This document shows, one piece after another, positions 1 to 12,400 of a stretch of DNA of 64,000 nt. The translations under genes were made by a program, and so were the position numbers. The DNA comes from Ranitomeya imitator (taxonomy: Eukaryota). Numbering within the stretch: position 1 is the stretch's first letter; every line of letters starts with the position of its first letter. The stretch is taken from the NCBI RefSeq assembly GCF_032444005.1, contig NC_091282.1, positions 745,054,001 through 745,118,000 on the forward strand, written 5' to 3'. The notes under the pieces are model-generated. The model did not search any database, was not told the DNA's origin, and was given only the letters and a program-made list of their open reading frames with translations.

Positions 1-1972
1 GCCCCCCACACACCACATTCCCATCTCCTGAGCCCCCACACACCACGTTCCCATCTCCTGAGCCCCCACACACCACATTCCCATCTCCTGAGCCCCCCAC
101 ACACCACATTCCCATCTCCTGAGCCCCCACACACCACGTTCCCATCTCCTGAGCCCCCACACACCACGTTCCCATCTCCTGAGCCCCCACACACCACATT
201 CCCATCTCCTGAGCCCCCCACACACCACATTCCCATCTCCTGAGCCCCCACACACCACGTTCCCATCTCCTGAGCCCCCACACACCACATTCCCATCTCC
301 TGAGCCCCCCACACACCACATTCCCATCTCCTGAGCCCCCACACACCACGTTCCCATCTCCTGAGCCCCCACACACCACGTTCCCATCTCCTGAGCCCCC
401 ACACACCACGTTCCCATCTCCTGAGCCCCCACACACCACGTTCCCATCTCCTGAGCCCCCACACACCACGTTCCCATCTCCTGAGCCCCCACACACCACG
501 TTCCCATCTCCTGAGCCCCCACACACCACGTTCCCATCTCCTGAGCCCCCACACACCACGTTCCCATCTCCTGAGCCCCCACACACCACGTTCCCATCTC
601 CTGAGCCCCCACACACCACGTTCCCATCTCCTGAGCTCCCCCACACACCACGTTCCCATCTCCTGAGCCCCCACACACCACGTTCCCATCTCCTGAGCCC
701 CCACACACCACGTTCCCATCTCCTGAGCCCCCACACACACCACGTTCCCATCTCCTGAGCCCCCACACACACCACGTTCCCATCTCCTGAGCCCCCACAC
801 ACACCACGTTCCCATCTCCTGAGCCCCCACACACACCACGTTCCCATCTCCTGAGCTCCCCCCACACACCACGTTCCCATCTCCTGAGCCCCCACACACA
901 CCACGTTCCCATCTCCTGAGCTCCCCCCACACACCACGTTCCCATCTCCTGAGCCCCCCACACACACCACATTCCCATCTCCTGAGCCCCCCACACACAC
1001 CACATTCCCATCTCCTGAGCTCCCCCCACACACCACATTCCCATCTCCTGAGCTCCCCCCACACACCACATTCCCATCTCCTGAGCTCCCCCCACACACC
1101 ACATTCCCATCTCCTGAGCTCCCCCCACACACCACATTCCCATCTCCTGAGCTCCCCACACACACCACGTTCCCATCTCCTGAGCTCCCCCCACACACCA
1201 CATTCCCATCTCCTGAGCTCCCCACACACACCACATTCCCATCTCCTGAGCTCCCCCCACACACCACATTCCCATCTCCTGAGCTCCCCCCACACACCAC
1301 ATTCCCATCTCCTGAGCTCCCCCCACACACCACATTCCCATCTCCTGAGCTCCCCACACACACCACATTCCCATCTCCTGAGCTCCCCCCACACACCACA
1401 TTCCCATCTCCTGAGCTCCCCACACACACCACATTCCCATCTCCTGAGCTCCCCCCACACACCACATTCCCATCTCCTGAGCTCCCCCCACACACCACGT
1501 TCCCATCTCCTGAGCCCCCACACACCACGTTCCCATCTCCTGAGCCCCCACACACCACATTCCCATCTCCTGAGCCCCCACACACCACGTTCCCATCTCC
1601 TGAGCCCCCACACACCACGTTCCCATCTCCTGAGCCCCCACACACCACGTTCCCATCTCCTGAGCCCCCACACACCACGTTCCCATCTCCTGAGCCCCCA
1701 CACACCACGTTCCCATCTCCTGAGCCCCCACACACCACGTTCCCATCTCCTGAGCCCCCCACACACACCACGTTCCCATCTCCTGAGCTCCCCCACACAC
1801 CACGTTCCCATCTCCTGAGCCCCCACACACCACGTTCCCATCTCCTGAGCCCCCCACACACACCACGTTCCCATCTCCTGAGCCCCCACACACCACGTTC
1901 CCATCTCCTGAGCCCCCACACACCACGTTCCCATCTCCTGAGCCCCCACACACCACGTTCCCATCTCCTGAG
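1..1972. repeat. ~30-bp minisatellite (GAGCCCCCACACACCACGTTCCCATCTCCT), truncated by the window start
   Basis: Exact 30-nt period at 361-630. Variant units (GAGCTCCCCC, ACATT vs ACGTT, extra CA) cluster at ~600-1490. Confidence 0.97.
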
Positions 1973-2139
1973 ACCCCCCCGCGCACACAGCGTCCCAGTC
2001 TCGTGAGCCACTCGGTCCCCTGAGCCCCCCCCCGAGCGAGCGAGCACCACGTCGCCGTCAGCCGGGAGCCCCCGGCACTGAGCACAGATGCCTGCCTCTT
2101 TGTGTTTCCTGCTGAGTTTCGAACCTTGTGCCTATTTTT

Positions 2140-2384
2140 CCGGACCAATCACACACCAGAAGGGGGGCGGGGCCCAGACCTCCATAGTAACAAGCAATTG
2201 GCTGGAACCCCGGAGGGCGGGGCCAGGTCGGTGCCGCTTCTCCTCCTCTTGTGTCTGCGGAGAGAGCGGGACGGGAAGCGCGGTCGGGGTCTGACTCGTT
2301 GGCGCCGTTCTACCTTCGCTGCCGAGTCTCGTCCGCCCGCCTCTGTGTATGCCGCTCTCCCACGACCCGGGCTGACACCGCACG
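2140..2384 (+). promoter_or_regulatory. CDCA4: CpG-island promoter and probable non-coding exon 1 of CDCA4
   Basis: CCAAT at 2145, ATTGG at 2197, GC boxes at ~2164 and ~2216, E2F-like TTGGCGCC at 2299, and splice donor CACG|GTGAGT at 2384/2385. The TSS itself is not determinable. Confidence 0.65.
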
Positions 2385-3752
2385 GTGAGTGATTGTAAAG
2401 ACGGGTGATGGTGAGGAGGGCCAGACCGCGCTGGAGGCCTAGCGGTGCGGAGCCGGGGACCGCCGCTGTACGGGGGTTGGTGGCGGATGTACCCGGGTGT
2501 GTGTATTGGTGACTCAGTGTCGCCGACATTGTGCGGGGAATGTAACAATGGACGACTGTAAAATGGCGCCTGCTCGCGCCCTCGTCATCAGGCAGCTATG
2601 TGGTGACGTCACTACGGAAGCCTCCGCCGCCCAGTCCTCACAGGCGCGCAGTGTAGAGTCGTGCGAAGGCGCGGGGAGCGGATACCAGGGCTGCGTGCGG
2701 ATGAAGGGCACTCACTCTGCTTAAAGGGAACCTGTCACCCCGATTTATCAAGATGATATAAAAATAGCGTTAAATAGGCGCAGAGCTGGGCTTTACATTA
2801 GTGTAGTTTGGAGCCATTATTCCCCACCTATGCTGCCGAAATACCTTTGTGAAGTCGCCGTTTTGGGCTGTCACTCACGCTGGTCAGGTCATATGGGCGT
2901 GGTGACAGCGCTGTTTCTCCCCCAGATCTCCGTTGGTGGCGTAGTGGTGTGCGCATGCCCAACAGGCGAATCCAGTGCGCAGGTGAAGGAAAAGAGCGCG
3001 ATCTGCGCTATTACGCGGTTTATCGGTGGGGGCGGCGGCCATCTTTGTGAGGCCGTGCGTGCGCAGATGGTACTTTTCGGCTTCCCGGGGCTTCAGGAAA
3101 ATGGCCGCGTGTGCGCAGATGGAGATGCGAACTCGGCTTCAGGAAAATGGCCGCCGCGGCATCCTGCGGCCATTTTCCTGAAGCCCCGGGAATGTTTAAA
3201 AATAATAATAATTAAAAAAAAAAAAAAAATGGTTATACTTACCTGCAGACAGCCGATTTCCTCAGCGGCGTCCGTTCCTATAGATGGTGTGTGTGTGTGC
3301 AAGACCTTCCATGACGTCGCGGTCACGTGACCAATCACTAGGCAGCGACGTCATCACAGGTCCTTCACACAGAGCATCTATAGGAACGGAACCGACAGCG
3401 TGCACCGCTGAGAGGCGGGAAGACATCGAAGGTGAGTAGATCACTATTTTTTATTTTAATTCTTTTTTTTTTTTTAACCAATTATATGGTGCCCAGTCCG
3501 TGGAGGAAAGTCTCCTCTCCTCTACCCTGGGTACCAACCGCACATAATCTGCTTACTTCCCGCATGGTGTGCACAGCCCCATGCGGAAAGTAAGCAGATC
3601 AATGCATTCCTAGGTGTGCGGAATCCCCGCAGTTCCGCATATTTAATGAACATGTTGCTTTTTTTCCGCGATGCGATTTTTTTTTCCCGGAAAAAAATGC
3701 AACATTTGCAACATTTAATACACTTAAAATAATGGGAGGCATATGTAAGCGT

Positions 3753-4791
3753 GGAAAAAATAGAGACCGCGCATAGGGAGGACACTGGGAAAAGAAGAAA
3801 TGTGGCAAAACAACAAATACAAGGTCGTAGATAGGTACCAAAGAATCCTCTAAATAATCCCCTAAATCAGAAAAAAAACAACCCCTAAACAGGTAAACAG
3901 CCACCAAAAATAACTAATGGGATAATACAGACATATAAGCAAAAATGCTCCAGACTCACATAAACAGGCAAAGCCCACAACTATATATACAATAATATAA
4001 CCGTACCTGTAGCTTCTGAGTGTCACATGGGGGAGTAGTAGATGTGCCAGGCACTATGGCTGTATACCAGATCGTGATACAGGCACCAGTGGGCCCAATG
4101 TGGCGCTGCAAGGTGAGGTGACCACCGTCAGATGCGGAGATACGGTGGGGGTCTGCAGGTGTCCGGTGCGGGGCTGCACGCGGTGGAAGCAGGAAGGCTA
4201 TGTAGAGCCAGGGAGAGCCCCGGCCGGTGGCGTCCCTGGATACGAGCGCGAGCAAGATGGCCGACAAGGCGAGGGACTGAGCGTGTGACGTCACCGCTGG
4301 AGAACTACGGAGCGGCGCTAGGGTCAAGATTGAAACCAACGCGTTTCAAAGGAACAGCGTCCTTCTTCGTCAGGGTTACCCAGCACTGGTGGCTCCGAGG
4401 AATATATGCTCAATCCCTGTCAATCAAAAAAGGTCCCGCCCCCCACCCATATAATGGATGATAGATACGTGCCTACATAAATCTATAGTATAACAACTAG
4501 CAATATGTGCGGTAGTAACCGCTGGGGATTTACTACATGACTTAAGGAGAAGCTGTGAGGGCAACATATAATATGCCAGATATGCGCCCAAAGCAATATC
4601 CAAATGAAAAAATATGTGAATATATAAATATATAGAGAAGAAAAAGGGGAGGAGCGGGGTTGCGACCCCATCAATGACAAAACATGGTAGATATAAGGTG
4701 CAGATGTGACACAATAATATAAATATATATAAAGACTAAAAATATTTTTAATTATAATAATTAAATAATAAAATAAAAATATAATTATTAC
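3753..4791 (-). mobile_element. Non-coding, hammerhead-bearing retroelement fragment (Penelope-like or retrozyme-like)
   Basis: Flanked by the 14-bp direct repeat GCATATGTAAGCGT (3739-3752, 4792-4805). Contains a hammerhead motif at 4334-4377. No RT ORF. Confidence 0.6.
4334..4377 (-). ncRNA. Type I minimal hammerhead ribozyme motif
   Basis: Minus strand reads AACC-CTGACGA-A-GAAGGA-CGCTGT-TCCTTT-GAAA-CGCG-T-T-GGTT: intact core, helix I AACC/GGTT, helix II and palindromic helix III ACGCGT. Confidence 0.75.
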
Positions 4792-5106
4792 GCATATGTA
4801 AGCGTTTTTTTCGCGTTTTTATAGTGAAAAAACGCGAAAAATACTGATCATGTGCACATGGCCTTAGGGCGCAATGTGCCTGAGAATCACACTCTTACTT
4901 CTAACAAAACCTTCTATGACAAATCCACAAATTTAGCACTAGCTATTCATAAAACAAGCTAAAAAAAACAATTGGGATGAATAAAAGCAGCAAATTCTAA
5001 TTGTCAAAGGTGTGACGCATTCAGGGGCAATGAGCCTGAGAAGCCAAAACACTGATATCTGATCTCCTGCAGCACAAGAGGCTTCTTAGGCCTCACACTG
5101 CCTTTA

Positions 5107-6188
5107 GGACATGTGCACACGTTCCGGATTTTTTGCGTTTTTTCGCTATAAAACAGGTTATTCCGCATTTTTTGTGCAAATGTTGCATTTTTTTTCCGCG
5201 AAAAAATCGCATCGCGGAAAGAAAAAAAAACATGTTCATTAAATATGCGGAATTGCGGGGATTCCGCACACCTAGGAATGCATTGATCTGCTTACTCTCC
5301 GCATGGGGCTGTGCACACCATGCGGGAAGAAAGCAGATTAAGTGCGGTCGGTACTCGGGGTGGAGGAGAGGAGACTCTCCTCCACGGACTGGGCACCATA
5401 TAATTGGTAAAAAAAAAAAAAATAGTGATATACTCACCCTCTGATGGCCCCAGGAGTGTTCCCGCCTCTCCGGCGCATGCTGCCGGTTCCGTTCCTTTAG
5501 ATCAGTGGTCCCCAACTCCAGGCCTCGAGGGCCGCCAACAGTGCAGGTTTTCAGGATTTCCTTAGTATTGCACAGGGTTTGGAATCATCACCTGTGCAGA
5601 TGATCACATAACCACCGCTGCAATACTAAAGAAATCCTGAAAACCTGCACTGTTGGCGGCCCTCGAGGCCTGGTGTTGGGGATCCCTGCTTTAGATGGTC
5701 TGTGTCAAGGACCTGCGATGACGTCGCGGTCTTGTGATTGGTCGCGTGACCGCTCATGTGACCGCTCACGCGACCAATCACAAGCCGCGACGTCATGGAA
5801 GGTCCTGCACACACACACCATCTGTAGGAACGGACGCCGCCGAGGAGATCGGCTGTCTGCAGGTGAGTATAACCATTTTTTTTTTTTTATTATTTTTAAA
5901 CATTCTATCTTTTACTATTGATGCTGCATAGGCAACATCTATAGTAAAAAGTTGGTCACACTTCTCAAACACTATGTTTGACTAGTGTGACCAACCTGTC
6001 AGTCAGTTTTCCAAGCGATGCTACAGATCGCTTGGAAAACTTTAGCATTCTGCAAGCTAATTACGCTTGCAAAATGCTAAAAAAAAAAAAAAAAAAAAAA
6101 AACGCAAAAAAAATGCGGATTTCTTGCAGAAAATTTCCGGTTTTCTTCAAGAAATTTCTGCAAGAAATCCGGATGTGTGCACATAGCC
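5107..6188. mobile_element. Harbinger-type MITE
   Basis: TIR-like ends GGACATGTGCACAC and GTGTGCACATAGCC, with TTA on both flanks (5104-5106, 6189-6191). Confidence 0.75.
5503..5688. mobile_element. hAT-type MITE nested in the Harbinger MITE
   Basis: Long TIRs starting CAGTGGTCCCCAAC and ending GTTGGGGATCCCTG. 8-bp TSD CTTTAGAT at 5495-5502 and 5689-5696. Confidence 0.9.
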
Positions 6189-6418
6189 TTAAAGTTATGA
6201 AGGTACTGGGAGGAGGGTGTTTCCCAGACAAACCACTGAAAATAGAGAAATGAAACTAAGTGAGCTGCGCCTGTCAGATCAGTTGCCCCTGACGGAGCGT
6301 TAAAGGAGTTGTACATTTTTTTTTTTTTTTTTATGCACATATTTTGGCCCAAAGATAATCATTTATTTGGAGATTCCAGGTTCTGTCAATTTGGGAAAAA
6401 TAAAGGATTTCATCTTAA

Positions 6419-6815
6419 GGCTATGTGCACACATTGCGGATTCTCTGCGGATCCGCAGCGTTTTTTTTGCGGTGCAGAAACGCTGCAGATCCACAATTGA
6501 TTTACAGTACAATGTAAATCAATGAGAAAAAAAAAATGCTGTGCACACTTTGCGGAAAATACGCTGCAGTTTAAAAGAAGTAGCATGTCACTTCTTTTTT
6601 GTGAATCTGCAGCGTTTTTGTACCCATTCCATTATAGAAATCCGCAGGGGTAAAAAAAAGCAGCAAATCCACAAGAAAACCGCAGCAAAAATGCACAAAA
6701 ACCGCTGCAGAACCGCACAAAAAACACGACAAATCTGCAGGTGCGTTTTCTGCCAGGAGAGGCCGAATCCGCACCAGAAATTCCTAAGCCTAATCCGCAA
6801 TGTGTGCACATAGCC
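6419..6815. mobile_element. MITE with 24-bp perfect TIR (Harbinger-like ends)
   Basis: GGCTATGTGCACACATTGCGGATT at the left end and its reverse complement at the right end; TTAA on both sides. Confidence 0.8.
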
Positions 6816-8466
6816 TTAAAGGGGTTGTCCAGGATTTTACAGAAAGCTCCGCAGAGTGGTCCTTTTGTAGAAGAAGTCTCTAACAAGAACAGCTGTTTTG
6901 TGTCATACGTAATCTGATCCCTCCACCGGCTGTAGAAAAAATGACAAATCTCGTAAAAGCCAAAGACAGCGCTGTCTACTGTTCAGAGCTGCGGCTCCAC
7001 GCACGGAAAACTGTGATCCGGAGGGTTGGAGCCTTCCTGGAAGTCCAGGCAGAACGTAAGCCTGCAGGGTCACAGGACGGGATGTGTTTAGACCGTGCCA
7101 GCTGTAATTTACATGGTGTACCTGCTGATCGTGTTTATTTGGTCGTTCGCCGTATTGCAGCACCATTCACGTGGCCAGTAAGGGGATCTTTGGGAGGGGG
7201 AGTTGGCACTTGTGGGTTTTTTACATAGAATGTATGGATTGTGTATAATTAGAAGTTACTGGGACCCGAAGATCGGGGCTCTGTCTGGATGGTGTGTCAT
7301 TGTGCTCATTGTATATGGTGGGGGCATGGCTCTGCTAATCTCATGCACTCCCATGCACCAAACAGCAGAGCGGTCCGATCCCCAGCAATCAGGATGTTAT
7401 CTCCTGTCCTGTGAACGGGAACCTTCCAAGGGAATTCACCTTTTTAGGGGTTGTCCAGGATCAGAAAAACATGGCTGCTCTCTGTAAAGTAAGATGCTAT
7501 GTATGGATGATGTGTGTATGTGCATGAGACCGTCCTGCATATGTGTAGCATTTCTATCACTGTATTTTTTTCCCTCTCTCTGCCATCCGCACATACAGCA
7601 CAGTGCAGCCTGAGCGACACCATCGTAGCTTCCCTCAGCTGAGACTGTGGAGCTGATGTAAGTCAGTACAAAATACCGGATTTTGTAAAAATGTATTTTT
7701 ATTGTAAGAATATATAAAGTTTGTGAATTATTTTTTTTTTACTATTTGTTTTTGCACATGTGGGAGTTAAAGTGTAGGCATTGGAATTTGCCCTTTGATT
7801 AATTTGCTTATTTGTTAACAGATACTGAAACCTTGCTCCATATCCACAGCATCGGACCCTGCAACGCTTGCCTGCTCCGTTGTAACATTAGCCCCCCAGC
7901 CTCAGGCTACGACTTTCTACTAGGCCAGCTGCTTTAATAGGGGCCCTGATTTCTATTAGCCCGAGGGAGTAATGTCAGGCCGCTGCCTGCACTCATGCCA
8001 TGTGCACGGAATTGCAACAAAGCCTGCGGCTCGGCCAATATTTGTGGGATCGTACTCTGTCTAGACAATATTGAGGATTCTGCAGGATTTCCTGTGCGCA
8101 TTTACAGTATGTAAAAGTGGGGAATTTTACCTAGAAACAAATAGGGGGTAAAAATATAGAGAACAGTGGCTAAAGCCATCATCCACTACTAGGACACAAT
8201 ACATGGCCTCATTCACACATCCGTGTTAGTATGGATTCCAGGACTGTGGAGTTGGTATAAACCGACTCTGGCTCCTAAAATATATAATTGGGTACAGTAG
8301 TACAATGCAGGACGTGCTGTAAATGATTTCATGAGAATTTGGGAAAGTTATGAAATGTCCTATAAATGTCTGTTCTGTTCCTGATCCAAGGATCTCTGCT
8401 TTTAGTGGAGATGAATCTGTGCTGCACTTTATGTACATGCTGAGTAGTGATCAGTGCTGTGGATTT

Positions 8467-8622
8467 TTTATTTATTTAGGTTATTTAGCTAACGCATTTC
8501 AAAGCCATTCCAGACTTCTTCCTCAGGACAAACACCATATATGATATAAGGTTTTTTTTGTCCTGAGGAAGAAGTCTGGAATGACTTTGAAATGCGTTGA
8601 CTAAAGAACCTAAAAAAAAGTC
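8467..8622. ncRNA. Fold-back inverted repeat carrying two divergent hammerhead motifs (8488-8530 minus, 8560-8601 plus)
   Basis: Plus copy reads GTC-CTGAGGA-A-GAAGTC-TGGAAT-GACTTT-GAAA-TGCG-T-T-GAC. Arms of ~65 bp flank a ~24-nt spacer. Confidence 0.7.
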
Positions 8623-9432
8623 AGTTTTTAATATCCTATGATTTGGATCTTTACCTATCAGCAGCACGCACAAACCACATTTGGCTTTTTTTGTTTGTTT
8701 TTTTCCCTTTTTATCTGTTGTCAGAAGACCCATGTGTATACGTGGTTGTGGCACACAACCACCATTTCGGGTTAGCATATCCCCCTTTTTTTTGTGCATT
8801 ATTATTGGAAAAGACCCTATTTCCGCTTTTTTTCCCCCACTATATCCATGCAAAACACACAGACAAAAAAAATTGGTTATTTGGTATCATGAATGAATAG
8901 TGTTCATACTACTGTATGGGTCTGTGAAAAAACACAATAGCATCTGTGTGTTGCCCGTGTTTTAACATTGCAAAGTATTGGAGAAACTTTGTCACTTTTC
9001 TTTCTTCATCCCTCTGAAAAACACTGATGGTAAAAACAAGACACGCGGACACCGGTAGCATTTTTTCACAGACCTGTAAATGAGGCCTAACAAATATTCA
9101 CTTCCTGCACCATTCCAGCAATGTCGGCACCAGGACTCCTGATTCGCATATCAGTAACCACTGATTCACGTGAGAGTTGGGAGACTTGGTGCTGAAGGTA
9201 AGTGTCTAGCTTCTATTATTTTACACCAGGGAACACGGTTTTAGTTTTGGGATATTAATTGGCAGCTCCATCACTAGAATTTGCAGCCAATGTCTGATCA
9301 GCTGGTGCTGGATTACCGTGACCCCACTGGTTGCTAGAGCCACTGATTTCAACACTGTGCTATGTCTTATTGGGCTGCCTGTTGCTGTTTCAGTAAAATC
9401 AGTGTTTTATCAGCAGGAGATTATCACTATTG

Positions 9433-9628
9433 GGCCGGGTTCACACTTGCGAGTTCAATATGAGAAACTTGCGCATCAAGTCCTGGCACTGCCGCCGGCA
9501 CTCGAGACCGGAGTGTGCGGTTGTATGCATTTCTATGCAGCTGAATGCTCCGTTCCCGAGTGCCGACGGCAGTGCCAGGACTTGATGTGCAAGTTTCTCG
9601 CATTGAGCTCGCAAGTGTGATCCCGGCC
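9433..9628. mobile_element. Small palindromic Harbinger-type MITE
   Basis: Ends GGCCGGGTTCACACTTGCGAG and CTCGCAAGTGTGATCCCGGCC; same TIR style as the 23914 element. Confidence 0.75.
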
Positions 9629-10536
9629 TAGGTATCTCGTGCCTCCTGGTCCCTCCTTGCCCCCAGCACTGATGAGCAGCTTTCTGTTAATCAGTGATAT
9701 TGCTGGGGTTATACAGGACTCAGCATTCCTAGCTTTGCTGGGTCTGCAGCAGAGGAAACTGATTCTATCACAACTACTGCACCCAGTAAACTAAGTGACA
9801 TGTCGCTGAAATCGGGATCTTTCCCTACATTGTGCTGCTGACAGATTCACCTTAAAGAGCCTTGCCACATGACTTTGGATATTAAAGCCATTGTCCACCT
9901 TGAGACTGATAAGTGGCTATATGTTTTACATGTATCCTGGGGAACTCATTTTCTCCCACTGCTTGCTCAGATCGATGTTGCAGTGTCATGGAGTGGGGAA
10001 GGGGTGCACTGGTAAGTTTTTAAAGCCTGACTTCCTGTGCTGTGGGTATAGGGAATACAGGGGAAGTGCAGGTTATTCTTACCAGTATGCCCCTCCCGCG
10101 GGCCATTGAGGCGGCCTTGTTCGCGGATACACATTAGGAACTTGTAGTTACTTTTCAGTCGCTTTAAGCTAAAATAGAATCTCCCTTCGGATACAACTAT
10201 TTTGGGGCTACTAAAAGACATTTAGCAATGTGTGCTCTTAAGGGGGTTGGTACTAGGACAACCTCTTCTTGATCTAAATGTTTGGTCCCGGTAAAATAAT
10301 AAAGCCTATACTCTCCTGTACCGGCTCCATTCCTGCGGTGTCTGCACTGGTTCGCGCGCCCCCTCCCCCCATGAACGGCTGGGGGCCAGGGTCACAACAA
10401 TCAGCGCTGACCCAAGTGCTGATTGGGCACCACGTGTCACGACAACAGCACAGGAGCCTCGAGGAATGTGCATGTTGACACTGGCGGGAATGGGGGGGGG
10501 GGGATATAAGCTTTTTTTTTTTTAATTTTATCAATA

Positions 10537-11754
10537 GATGTTGGGTGTTCACAGTCAGCTGTGTCTAAAATCTGGACCAAATACAAACAACATGGGAAGG
10601 TTGTTAAAGGCAAACATACTGGTAGACCAAGGAAGACATCAAAGCGTCAAGACTGGAAACTTCAAGCAATATGTCTCCAAAACAGGAAATGCACAACAAA
10701 ACAAATGAGGAACGAATGGGTGGAAACTGGAGTCAACGTCTGTGACCGAACTGTAAGAAACCGCCTAAAGGAAATGGGGTTTACATACAGAAAAGCTAAA
10801 TGAAAGCCATCATTAACACCTAAACAGAAAAAACAAGGCTACAATGGGCTAAGGAAAAGCAATCGTGGACTGTGGATGACTGGATGAAAGTCATATTCAG
10901 CGATGAATCACGAATCTGCATTGGACAAGGTGATGATGCTGGAACTTTTGTTTGGTGCCGTTCCAATGAGATATATAAAGATGACTGCCTGAAGAGAACA
11001 TGCAAATTTCCACAGACATTGATGATATGGGGCTGCATGTCAGGTAAAGGCACTGGGGAGATGGCTGTCATTACATCTTCAATAAATGCACAAGTTTATG
11101 TTGATATTTTGGACACTTTTCTTATCCCATCAATTGAAAGGATGTTTGGGGATGATGAAATCATTTTTCCAGGTGATAATGCATCCTGCCATAGAGCAAA
11201 AACTGTGAAAATATTCTTTGAGAAAAGACACACAAGGTCAATGTCATGGCCTGCAAATAGTCCGGATCACAATCCAATTGAAAATCTTTTGTGGAAGTTG
11301 AAGAAAATGCTCCGTGACAAGGCTCCAACCTGCAAAGCTGATCTGGCAACAGCAATCAGAGAAAGTTGGAGCCAGATTGATGAAGAGTCCTGTGTGACAC
11401 TCATTAAGTCCATGCCTCAGAGACTGCAAGCTGTTATAAAAGCCAGAGGTGGGGCAACAAAATACTAGTGATGTGTTGGAGTGGGTTTTTTTTATGGTTT
11501 GGTTGTTATTCATGATTCTATAACTTTTTCCACAGATTTGAGTGATTTCCATAATTTTTCCCTTATGCTTGGTTGAAAAAAAGTAACCATTACTGACTGC
11601 CACATTTTGTGTTCTTGATTTCTTTTAGTGCTTCTTAAAGCCAGAAAGTTGCCATTTGAAATGACTTTAGTTTTGTGCCATGTCTGTGATCTGCTTTTTT
11701 ACTAAATGAACATCCTCCAAGGTCGGTGATTTCCATAATTTTTGCCAGGGGTTG
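10537..11754 (+). mobile_element. 5'-truncated Tc1/mariner (DD34E) transposase fossil with right terminus
   Basis: HTH region (GCSQSAVSKIW...GRPRKTS), FSDES, DNASCH and SPDHNPIEN motifs. Stop at 10801 and a frameshift near 10830. Ends ...TTTGCCAGGGGTTG followed by TA. Confidence 0.9.
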
Positions 11755-12400
11755 TATAATCCAAGGCTGTAAATTAAGGTTTGGCACAATTAGGTGAATG
11801 GGAGCAGACAAGTTGTGCCTAGTTCTGTTTAATGTGATATATATATATTTTTTTTATTTTTATTTATTTTTTCTCTCTACATGTGTTTTGCTCCAGGAAT
11901 ATTGCACTAACAGTTAGTGCAATATTCCCGGAGCAAAACACATGTAGAGAGAAAAAAAAAATGACTAACTGGTGTATTTTCGTTTTCAGCACAGTTAATG
12001 CTCTGGCGTTTCCTTATCCTTTTAGAAACGCTCTTCTCATATGAGGATCGTCTGTAGTGCTAGAATGAAGGATCTGTAAAGCGCCATGTATTCTCCAGTG
12101 CAGACTTTATTTATCACTGGCCTAGAAATGAACAGGACAACAGTTGTTTGCCACTTTTCTTTACTTCCATGTGCCGCAGTACACACACGAAGAAAACATT
12201 GTAATTGCCTTCTAAAGAGGTATACGTTTATTTTAGAGACGTAAGTGGTTGTGATTTGCATTGGCCGCTTATTTATCACTCGTGCATCGTCTTGATTTAT
12301 GTGTAGTTTTGCTGCCGATGTGGAGCTTGTGTGTTACATGAGAACTGATAACCGTCATTGACGCCCATTCTATTCTTGTTTCTTCCTCTTGCAGGACACA

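Larger units (their letters stand above)
3200..4863 (-). mobile_element. Partial Harbinger-type MITE (reverse copy of the 5107-6188 family) interrupted by a ~1-kb insertion
   Basis: 3230-3720 is the reverse complement of parts of 5190-5870. It ends in TGTGCACATGGCC followed by TTA at 4863. The left boundary is approximate. Confidence 0.6.

Noticed and set aside
2088-3444. Multiple 60-166-aa ORFs on both strands
   Set aside because: They fall in a GC-rich CpG island and MITE sequence, have no recognisable domains, and many use non-ATG starts.
7800-9203. Possible extra CDCA4 5'UTR exon sites (acceptor TTAACAG at 7820, donor AAG|GTAAGT at 9197)
   Set aside because: Isolated splice-like motifs, the donor probably in repeat-derived sequence, with no paired support; RNA data would be needed.
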